Positions 53,101 to 64,000 of a stretch of DNA of 64,000 nt are shown here, one piece after another. The position numbers were made by a program, and so were the translations under genes. Position 1 is the stretch's first letter; each line of letters begins with the position of its first letter. The stretch is from Owenia fusiformis (lineage: Eukaryota), in the NCBI GenBank assembly GCA_903813345.2, contig CAIIXF020000001.1, positions 20,832,001-20,896,000 of the forward strand, written 5' to 3'. The notes beneath the pieces are model-generated. The model did not search any database, had not been told where the DNA came from, and saw only the letters and a program-made list of their open reading frames with translations.

Positions 53101-56100
53101 ACAAATGATAAAAAGTGAAATTCGAGATTTAAAACGGGTGATGTTTGGACATGTCTTTCCTGTTCTGTCAATCGGCTGCTTTTGCAAGCAGTCGTCCTAA
53201 ATGGTATTAGGTGTTAACATATTGGGTGGTCTGTATCCACCATTAACTTCTATTAAAAACAATAACTTAAGCTTTAAGTCAAATTACACGCATCCCGTGA
53301 GGAATACTATATCGGCAGTGGATGCGGGTAAGAGTGATACGCAAACAAACTCAATCAAAGTCTGTTAAAAATCATCGAAACGCGGCTATCTGATATACCA
53401 TTAGAAAAACATTTGGACAATTTGTTTATTTGTACAGCAACGGAATGACAAAGCATTTTAATGCTATTGAGTCTATAGTATGATTTTTATTGTTCTCTAA
53501 TGCAACATGTAAAAAAGCTTTTAAATACTATTCAAATTACAAAAGAATGGACAAAAAATGATTGCGCCATTATTTTTAATTGCAAGATATTATATGTCAG
53601 ATTCACACATATTACAAAGAAACAGCTTAATTTCTATATTGATGTTGATATCCTGTTACAATTCTTCGGCAACATGATTTTAATGCAGTCCATCTTGTTT
53701 TGTGATGTTCCCGGATTTTTCTTTGATTTTTACAAGCTCATCAAAGACGTTTACATATGTAACATCAGTAAAGCATAGCGGGAACTTAGTCCGTGTACAT
53801 TCCCGACCGGCATCACACTTGATACATAGGATCTAGGAACATGGTGGGCGATTTTAACTATGAGCAACAGAATGGTTAACATATTGAAAAAAACTTACTA
53901 AAATTTACATCCATGCATCCTTTCTGCACCAATATACTTAACTCTAATATATTATTTATCATTATATGAAAAGAATAAAAAGGTCGATGCAGTTTTTTCA
54001 GCATGTGTACATTTAGCGTTCGGCATTCTATCTCCTAGGCAACTGAACAGTGTTTCTCTAACCAACATCCCTCCTCATAGCGTTACAAGTATGACAACAT
54101 TCACTTATTGCCTCAGCACTTTTATCTCCGAGCATACCGCCGTTCACAAGTGCGTCTCTGACAGCTTTTGAAATATGTGTATCAAAAAGCAACTAGAAAA
54201 TTTACTTTATTATGCTCTAGTCGTTTATTGTAAGCTTGTACTCATCGATAATGAAGTCAAACAATAAAAGACTAACAACTCTATTGCTGATAAAAATGAA
54301 AGTGGTGAATGTTAACATGGTTTTATATCTTTGATGTTGTAGTGTAGGTTTCTAATGGCCGCGCGGTGTCAATATTATAGTTTCATCATCTCGTCAAAAA
54401 TATACATTTACTTTCCACAATTGAACATTTGACTTGACTTTTTTTAATAAAGAGCATTTCTTTCTGGGGTTCTAATCAGTGTTGTTATGGATACTGTTAT
54501 TAATAACTTAATTCAATAGAATTTTGATAAGAAGTTGGTAGTCTGAAGGCTAATTACTCACACGAACTCGTCATCACTGGGAGAGGTCAACTTGTCAGCT
54601 CCATCGATGGTGATACAACTTTGATTGATGAACTCAAAAAGATAACATTTGACATGTTGCAACCTTTTTGATATATTGATATACTGGTTGAGTTGGTATT
54701 GTATGGCAAAGATCCCACGGAAGTCTCAGAATTATGATTGCTATTTATATTTATCGTACGGAAGACGTGAGTGAGTGGCGTGGAGTGGGTGTAAGTGTTT
54801 ACCGTCAGTGCGTTCTACCCCACTCCCCATGTTCCTATTTACCATGTACTGCCGTAAAGTCTGGACCAACATACTTTGTTACACAACCAGTAACATTTCA
54901 GTTTGCAGATACGCTTAGACCAATATTTTCTGAGCCGAAATTGAGTTTAAACAATGCATGTTGGTCAATGTTCAAACGGTTTAGGGAACACGTAGTTAAT
55001 AATACTTTGGCAAGCAACAGTAGCGAACATGCCGCTTTAACTTCAGACTTATATGTATACTAATTTAATCCAACATTGTGGCCTCACACAATTAAACCAT
55101 TGTTTGCCGAAATTTATAGAATTTCATTTGAGTCATTCTGTCCTAGGTTGACGTAGGTTTTCACACTTGTTCTGGTTGATACGTGTGGTCCCAGAGCAGA
55201 TCATCAACTATCTCAATCTTTACAGTATCAATTTGAAAAAGTCTCATATCCGATACCCTATATTATTGTAATTTTAACGCATTGTTTATCACAAGAAACA
55301 ATTCTCAGAACTTATTTCTCATGGTAAAAAAACTAAAAACTGAAACGTAACTCTATCAGTTGTTGAATCTTATCAGACGCTTGTCGGCCATCTTGAAACA
55401 CATTTGTTAATGACCTATATATCAATTTACTAGTAACATGCAAGTAGACAATTTGTTGTTTTTCAAATCAATAAATTTTCACTTGGTCTCTACTTTAATA
55501 AAAGAGACTCAGAATAATCATTCCCAGGAACACTGAGATCATGGCATATTTATATGACAATAATAGGAACTTTTGAAAAAATATTTTCTTTTGATTGCGT
55601 TTAAATGCTCAATTTGGAAAAGGTAGCGGTTACACAAAGATAGAAGTTGTTCACATGTGTATATAAATAAAGTGCGAGTCTGTTGCTTGTAGCGCCAGTC
55701 AGAAAGGCAAAGACTGTGTGCAGCCACTTGAAGACAGGTTCCTGTTTATAACTAGTGAAAATGAACCAAATTGTCTTGTCATAACTATAGCATTGATGAT
55801 AGATGTGTGTGGCCAAAGTGAACATCAACAGGCTGACATTTAACATGGATAAATACTAGCCACTTCAACATGTAGCCACTAAATTAAAACCAACTAAATA
55901 AGATCTGCTGACAGGTTACCCAAATCTGCGCAAGATTTATTCTCTGAAGTGACAATTCAAGAGGTTGTTTCCTATTTTCAGATCTGGAAGGAAAATATGA
56001 ATACAATAAAAACATTTAAAATAAAAAAGAGATATGCTGTGATATTATATTTTACAGGGCTGTGTATCATATAAACAAACTATTTGAATGTTGTCATATG

Positions 56101-57346
56101 TTATAATTTTGTAAGACATTCTTTATTTTAGATATTTAGCCTAAATGTACTTATCTTCGTGACATTAGGGGAAAAATGATCACAGCTGTTATACAAGTAT
56201 AACTGTGTTACACTTTCAATGTGAATCGTTAAATTGTTTAAATTTGTATATTTTGTTTAACTATATTAGGATTTTATCGAAATAAATGCATTTATAAATT
56301 CATGTTTGTATGAACTACGGTTTAACTGCTTCCTATCAAATGATGTTTAACTTTTGGATATTGAGCGCAATCATTCTAAAATAATCTCTATACACTTGAG
56401 TGTATTTTATCTTATATATAAGCGTCAAAATAAACAATTGCTATTATGCACTAAGAACTGTTATTGATAATTTTTGAGAAATAGATATAAACAAATATCA
56501 TAATTTTAAATGCTGATAAAAACTTGAACTACGTTTTTCCATCATATAACAATACTGTTTTAACAAGTGCAATGGTTGTATAAAGTCCACTGTATATTGT
56601 TTACACCGACGCACTGACTATGAAATGTTCCGAGACTATAACTATGTAAAAGTTCTAAGATCAGCTATTCTAGAAAATGTTATTGTGTAAAATGATAAGT
56701 TATTATTCAACTTGTATGTAACTAACACTAGAGGTGTTGAGCAATTTGTATCAAGTTGACCATGTTTATCACGGTCTTTTTGGACTTACCACTGCCCATT
56801 ATCTTGGACCATTGTCTGTGAATGTAGCTTATGGATTTTAAAGAATTCATAGAGACGCAGACATTGTGGAACAAATATGCTTGAATAGTCGGTCAATTGT
56901 TTCTGTGTTTAACGTGACCAAGTCTGTGTATCAGCCTTAAATTTGGGCAGCCATAGTTTGTTCTTCTTTTCAGAGAAATTTGATCGGATCCCAGTACCCG
57001 GATGAACATTCAATAGATGTTTATGTGTTAAACATCGAACTATTCAACAAAATAAACGGTTAGCAATATAAAGTTGATACATGCGAGAGTGAGTCAATAA
57101 AAACTGGCTCCAGATAATATACGTCACGATTAAGGTAAAGTCTACTACGTGAAATATTAATTAATACCCCTACTCCATTCAATGGTAAAAATTAAGCTGA
57201 AAATAACTTTATATATTCTGATTTTTGCCGGATTCTTTACGTGAGGATCAAAGTGCCGCAAAAACTGTTATTTTGCAAACGGCGATAAAACGGTAACAAA
57301 TACTAGGCGACCGATCTGTCATTCACTAGGGGTCCTAGTATCACTC

Positions 57347-57410
57347 CGCCAGCCAATCAGAATCGTCGATCTGTTAAACAGATACATCTTTCTAGTGCTC
57401 GACCAATTAG
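57347..57410 (+). promoter_or_regulatory. Two CCAAT boxes upstream of the Dmrt93B-like gene
   Basis: CGCCAGCCAATCAGA (57347-57361) and GACCAATTAG (57401-57410). Confidence 0.5.
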
Positions 57411-57581
57411 CGCCGCCAATAATCTTTAAGTGAAACTGGCCTCTGCTCTTGGGTCGATACATAAGTATCTACAACTATTTGGCAGAATTGGAAGCAATCT
57501 GGTCCCTCATAGAAGAGACGATACGCCTGATTTCATCTAAGTAGAAAAGGAATCTTAACAACCATCACGCTGGATCTAGAA

Positions 57582-57945
57582 ATGAGCGTAGCAAATAACG
57601 GGGCGATGTACCCCATGACGGAAAAGGGTGCGAGAAAACCAAAATGTGCCAGATGTCGTAATCATGGCATGGTATCATGGCTAAAAGGACATAAACGCCA
57701 TTGTGGATTCCGCGATTGTACCTGTGCAAAATGCAATCTTATTGCCGAACGCCAGCGAGTTATGGCGGCTCAAGTCGCACTGAAACGTCAGCAAGCCGCA
57801 GAAGACGCCATCGCGCTTGGTCTACGAGCATGTTCAGGGTCGGAGAACATTTCGCGGGTACCAATGATGACGCCTGGACCATTATGGGGCCCGGGGACAA
57901 TCAGCCCTCCTGAAAAGCAAGGCTTGAGTAGAGAAAGAGAAGAAG
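57582..57945 (+). CDS. dmrt93B: Dmrt93B-like DM-domain transcription factor, exon 1; downstream exon(s) not found in the window
   Basis: DM domain [66 protein letters not shown]. The ALKRQQAxEDAIA extension is what I recall for the Dmrt93B group. Donor GAAG|GTAT at 57945/57946. Confidence 0.85.
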
Positions 57946-59319
57946 GTATATTTCTATTTCTACATTTGTGTTGTTTGACTCGGATGTTGCCTTTTGTTCC
58001 TCTTTTCAGGGCCCAGTTTTAACTTTCAATAGTAGTATGCTTTTAAAGCTTATTTGAAATGGTAATTCTAAGAATTCATGGAAGCAATGATACGATTTAG
58101 AATTAATCTCGGTCCTTTCTCCGAACTTTTATTTGTGGATTTTTTACACCAATGCACGGTGGTATAGGCTTACTATAATATTGTTAATTACAATCAATTA
58201 TTCTTACAATCCAATCTTTGTTTGAGTTGCTATTTGCCCTTTCTTTTTGTGCAAGAATTTACAATTTGTGTCCCTAATGTCAAGATTTTCTTTTATCCAT
58301 TTTTCTAAATTGTTATTAATACTAAGATTTGGCATTATGATAAGATATATACCGATAAAACTGCAGACCACACTGATTCATTGTATGCAAAAAGGATGGT
58401 AATCTTCAAATACATTTAGGTTGCGGTGATAAGAGATAAAAGAAAGTAAAACCTAAAACATATTTTTATATTTTGAAGAGGTATTATTCGTCATATGAAG
58501 TGTTGTCCCTTTGGACAGCTCTCTTGTAGAACATGTTTCTTTTATTCTTTGATCTAAGACCTCTATATTCCCCCCAGTAGGTTACTACATAGGTCTGTTG
58601 CTAGATGTATTTACCTTTGTTTTAAAGATTAATCCTTAGTACATTTGAAAGGATTACCTGTGAGAAGTTTTGCTAACAAAATGTTCTGACATATTTACAC
58701 AATGTATTTTCTATTTTGTTTTAGAGTGCTACTTTATTTGTGACATTTTGAATGATCTTCTACTGTTGTCTGTTATCAAGTATTACATAGGTTGTCCATA
58801 ATCTTTGCGGTTTTGATCAAATTCTTTCATAAACATAAATAATAGAATGATATAGTTAATCCGTTTATATGCATAAATATACATACTTTGAACCGGTGTA
58901 AGGAATATTTTCATCCTTATGATATTTTAGTGGCTTAGATGCATTTAATTATACAAATGCGAATGCAATTAACATGTTATTAGGATAAATATTTTCCCAG
59001 ACGACAATATGAGCTTAGGATGCTGTCTAACGTGATGCAACTTGATTCACCATTCAGTAACATATTTGTCAGCGAAACAAAACAATTTGCTATTAAACGA
59101 TGATTTAAATGTTTTATCTTTCAATATTTTCAAAAATAAACGAGAAGCGTCCATCCATTAGCATAATCTTTTAGTATAACTCACTTTGAATAATACATAA
59201 TCAGAGGTTTGGTTTAGAAAATATTTCTGCAAAAACGTATTATATGTAAGATTAAAATAAGTTCATGTACCACAATGAAAAATGTGTACTTAAAGATACA
59301 ACTAGAATAGGAACATCTT

Positions 59320-59475
59320 GATTACAACCGGTCATAAGGAATCAAACACACCGCATCCTAAACAATGCCCCTTCCCCCACCATCTGAAACCATATATACA
59401 ATCCAAAAACACGCAGCCATGGGACATTTCATTCATACTATAACCATTACAAAACATTTAAAAACAATGAAAGGG
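59320..59475 (+). repeat. Dispersed repeat fragment homologous to ~42940-43110
   Basis: Same ordered blocks as the 42.9-kb copy. Confidence 0.6.
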
Positions 59476-62400
59476 AAGGCTTATGATAAACGATCATACA
59501 ATAACAATTTAAAATATTACTTTTGGTCTTACTTTTAAAGTTTGGAAGCATGCAACAATGATGTATGTTGAAGGTGAATTTAGAAAGTATTTCCAGATAT
59601 TTGCCTCCGTGTTTCTAACTTGACCATATGGTACCTACAGATCCCAGACTTGATCTCACTCAGATAACTTGTAACCAATTATACAAATCTTGTGCTAATT
59701 ACCTCTAATTAATTACATGTATATGTGAGAATTCCAAACCCTCTTGTTGTGTCTGTAATACACTCATGTTTGTGTCATTCGACTTGAATTTCGCATTTAT
59801 ATTTAACATGTGCTGTGAATAATAAATGCGCTCGTGAATTTTTCTTCCCATCTTCTATGCATAGGTTTGATAATTTCATATTTTTGTAATAGCCTCTTTC
59901 AAATGTCAAAATTGCCTTAATAGCGCCAATGTAGATCATAAAAGATAGGTTTGTGAAAATATGGAAGACAAAGACATGACGCAAGGGGATCAGACCGACC
60001 TGATGTAAGGATTACCTTATGATGTGCATTTGAATCTCGTTCTTGAAATTAACAAACTATTTATCACTTCTGTAATCGTGCCTTCAATTTTGTGCGTTTT
60101 AAAAAATGCAACTTGCACTGAAAATGATCTTCGTATAATTAACCACAATCTGAAATTCCTGACATGATATTTGAAGCAACATTCTTATGTTGGAAAACAG
60201 GTTTGTTTTTATGGTAAAATTGTTTCCATGTATTTAGCTGAAGATTGACACAGAGGGAAATCACAGGGATAACTGACACATTGAAATCTGAACCCATATC
60301 AGTTGCTATCTAGGCCTCTCTCTTGGTAATTTTATTTTGGAAGAAGAAATGAAAATATTATGATTTGCCATCGGCCTTACCGACTTTGCGCCTCCCACGA
60401 TGGTGACAGTTGCAGTGTACATGTCGCACCCTGACGTACTATTATAATGAAATCATTTCACACAACACGCGCTTCTTATCCATCCAAAACAAAATAGATT
60501 TTAAATTCAAATTTATATAAAAAGTCAAAATAATTTGATTAGGAAATAAACATTTTGAAATAAATAATATATTTGAATAAATTTATATACATATTTAAAT
60601 AAATTTACCTTTTCAATTACACAAGATATATACCTAACAAAGTAGACATTATTAATGTATTTGTTATATCCAAATTTGATTCATTTCAGGAAATATTTTG
60701 TGAATTTAATTTGATTTTATCGGAGTTTTTAGAACTGAAAGCTTTATTTACTAGATGAATGATGCCTGATTTTTAATAAACATAATAAAATGTTTTCAAT
60801 TTATTTTTAGTATATTATAATTTCCATTTAATTCAGATCATCTATACTTCTATAGAATATCTATAGAATAATGATGAACTGCTGAAACTAGTGGTTTAAA
60901 AAGTTTTACATCGTGCTTTAGACAGCATACTTCATTGTCAAATGGACATTTCGTCCACTATTATTCATATTAAATCTTTATGATTGATGGTATTTTGATA
61001 CGAAAGTAAGATTTTATTATCACGAGTACTTATTTCAAAACATTTGGTCAGCCGATGTTGACTATATGGCACTCGAAGAGTTATTTCATAGCGATATTTA
61101 AAGAGAGAATCAGATCTAGCGAGGAAAATAAACAAAAAATATTAGAATAGTTTTGGCCCATGCCATTTCTTGTCATGTCTATTTTCTAAAAAATCGCCAA
61201 AGTACATACTTTATTCCAGGAAAACTAAAGATTTTTACGGTTTTTTATTATTTGGAAGAATTTGAACACATTCCCCTCATTTTTGCATTTCAAATCGTTA
61301 ATAACATCACTAATTTATAACATCTTTTGAGAAATATTGTATTCGAGATCATAAGGGAATATTGGTAGTCCAATTGAACACCAATTTGCCACCCCTATAG
61401 CTCTAATTTTGACTTTAATCAATCAAACATCATTTATGAAATCGTTTCTATCTCTGTGGACAAAAATAAATGTAAGATTAGACGCACTAGGTCACGCTAA
61501 ATACATTTCTATTGGGATGAAGGATGAATTTCAATAAATAATTGATTCATGTTAATTGCGTTTGTCTTTGCCAAAATTTTCTTTTTTAGTTGTCCCTGTT
61601 AAATTATTTATCTGCTTTTCCAAACGCCCTCTCGTATTATATCACTTTATTGTAACAATCTGCAATTTAGAACCTTTAACTTGTCTAATAATACCACACA
61701 ATCAAACTGGTTGATCTGGCATTGCATTTCTAACAACTTTGATAAGTCCAGGAAGATATTTCATTTTAGAGAGGCCAGACTGATGTGTGAATATCTTAGA
61801 TACCTCACTGACTCCATTTACAAACACCTAGGTTGATTCCCGGGTTGATTTCTTAAATATTATATATCCATTCATTGGTAATCCCCTTACTAGACTGCTC
61901 TATTCAACAAAAGTCAAATTCTAAGCTTAAAAGAGAGTGTGGTTAGGGCTTGTTGAATATAATTCAAACTCCCCCTCTCACTAATCTGAACAATGGTATA
62001 AACATTTCCTCTGTGGATTAGGGGTGTGAGACCGCTAAAAACTAAAGCATTCAACTTTCTTAGATAAAAGATACCGATCTTGTCAACTTTTCAGCTTTAA
62101 TGTTAAACAGTGTTTTTATTTTTTGATTGATGTAGTGTCGTCTTGTAGTCATTTCGGTTAGTATATCATTGGTATTTTATTACTGTCAACGTAGCTGATA
62201 AGTAAATTGATTAAGTTGCAAAGCGATTAGTCCAAAGTGAAATATTATTTTCACAATTATGAAATTATACTTCCTGGACTAGATTGATATGTCAAATGAG
62301 TCTGTTTGCTGGTCATGTTTATGCATCACAATGACTTTTACGTCGCCTAAATTATTCATGCTTGCAAAACAATCGAGAAAATAGTTCCTAATTATCCTGC

Positions 62401-64000
62401 CGCCATCGTGGAGAATGATGGATCATGTTTGGATACCAATCCTTTTAAGGGTCCTCTCATGTGATCGGGAATATTGTGTGTCTATTATTCATTATTTCAT
62501 TTTTTGTGACATTCTGTATCTTGTTAAAACGCAACAAGATTTAGAGTTGTAGTTTCCAACTGTGCGTATTGTCAGTATCACAATAATATTCAGTCTTGGC
62601 AGTAGTAAGATTAATGGACTCAAATATTTATTGTGTTAAGTTTTCTAAAACGATGTTAAGATATGTGTTTGTCTTTATTGAATTGATACTTTATTTAACT
62701 CTTAAAAATGCAACCATCAATCAAAATAAATTAAAGTTTGATCAAAAAATAAATATTTTGTTGTGGACTTAAGACAAGATTGCAAATTCAATTATTCTAA
62801 CAATAAAGTGCAAATACTCCTCGATCATACATATCTATTATTTACAATTTGAATCAGACTTTATTTAACTTTAAACTAAAATTAGTTCAAGGGTCATTTT
62901 TAAAAATCTAATTTAGACTTGGGTGGGCAAGCAGACATGTTCGTTAACATTGTATCTCACTTCACTTTGACAACCCTACGAATACTATTTCCTTAACTGC
63001 CATTTGCTAAAACAAAGCAAAGACAAATATTTGTCACAAAATATTAATTCAAACATGTTTCTCTGTTATATTGATGTATCGTTTTTGTTTTAAGTATTTT
63101 CAAACAGTTTTTATGCCAAATGTTGAAGTTGTCGATAGTGGCATGTTCTTGTCGGGATTTAAAACGCTAGGAGACAAACTTTACATAGTTATGTATATTA
63201 AAACTCATATAACAATCCAGGGTTATCTTGTATGTATGGTAGCATTTTGAATTATTTTGTGTGGTGTTATTATATTTTCTTCAGACTTCGTTCGAAGATA
63301 ATGTTCATTTAGTTTGTCAGCTATTTCATCATTTCTGATTCTGAATGTTTGCTGTGTGAGTTAGTTTCTTTTGAAATCAGTATTAATATGAGCAACACTG
63401 AAAAAACAATTAATTTGATTGCATAAGACTTGCACAATACTTGAACTGTAGAATACAAACAGATAAAAGTACTATATTCGCTGTTTCGGGGCTATTAGAG
63501 TTTCAATTCGTCAAATGATATGAGATCAGAGCATGTTTCTAGCGAAATCATGTCGCCTTTTAGATTTACTCTAGCAACCTCTCCCCTATCAGTTTCTATG
63601 CTGTGCGGCTTAGCACACACAGACTGAAAGCCCGAGGCCCATGAGTTGTTTTTAAATACGCCAACCAGCATTGTAGAGGGACTAAGGCACAATAGGACCG
63701 GCTAGAATTACATGGGTTTAGAGTAAATAAATATAAAAAACAAGCAATTTCTTTGTTGTAGCTCTTATTGTACATAGTTGAAGGATACATTTCAAAGGTA
63801 CCGATATCTTGAATTAGAATAGGCAAATATGAAACTTAAATTTCAGAACGAAATGATATTGAGAATAGAGACAGTCAATTCTTGATTAGTTTAGAAATTT
63901 CAATCCCGTTTACTTAACAATTTTGTCTGTACAGTCTTTTTGTAAATTAGTCCGTTTATTTGATATCTTTTCAAGCATTGATAAATGTATTTTTGATATT

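Noticed and set aside
33580..62956. DMRT-type binding cores (ACAATGT/ACATTGT) around the Dmrt genes, e.g. ~33583, 36391, 42776, 62947, suggesting autoregulation
   Set aside because: A 7-bp AT-rich core is expected every few kb by chance here and also occurs within the LINE; needs conservation or ChIP data.
63495..63826. Candidate second exon of the Dmrt93B-like gene
   Set aside because: Phase-1 joins at the available AG acceptors hit stops quickly and no DMA motif is visible; exon 2 probably lies beyond the window.

Overview
AT-rich, intron-containing animal genomic DNA; gene and repeat content suggests a mollusc or related lophotrochozoan (inference). I reconstructed five protein-coding genes from GT-AG splice sites and reading-frame continuity: PPM1G (minus strand, 10 exons visible, runs off the left edge); CYB5RL (plus strand, head-to-head with PPM1G, with a uORF-rich leader); a signal peptide-EGF-SEA-like-EGF-EGF-TM mucin-type membrane protein with a Tyr-rich tail; a complete two-exon Dmrt4/5 (DMRTA2-like) gene; and exon 1 of a tandem Dmrt93B-like gene. 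Between the two Dmrt genes lie a near-palindromic CAC...GTG element with a 5-bp target-site duplication (Transib/RAG-like end signature) and a 50-bp satellite interrupted by a 5'-truncated but uninterrupted LINE ORF2 whose ATG comes from the satellite target site. Introns hold many non-autonomous DNA elements: CAG..CTG MITEs with 4-5-bp TSDs, TA-flanked Tc1/mariner-type MITEs and Helentron-like elements. No tRNA, rRNA or CRISPR features were recognised.
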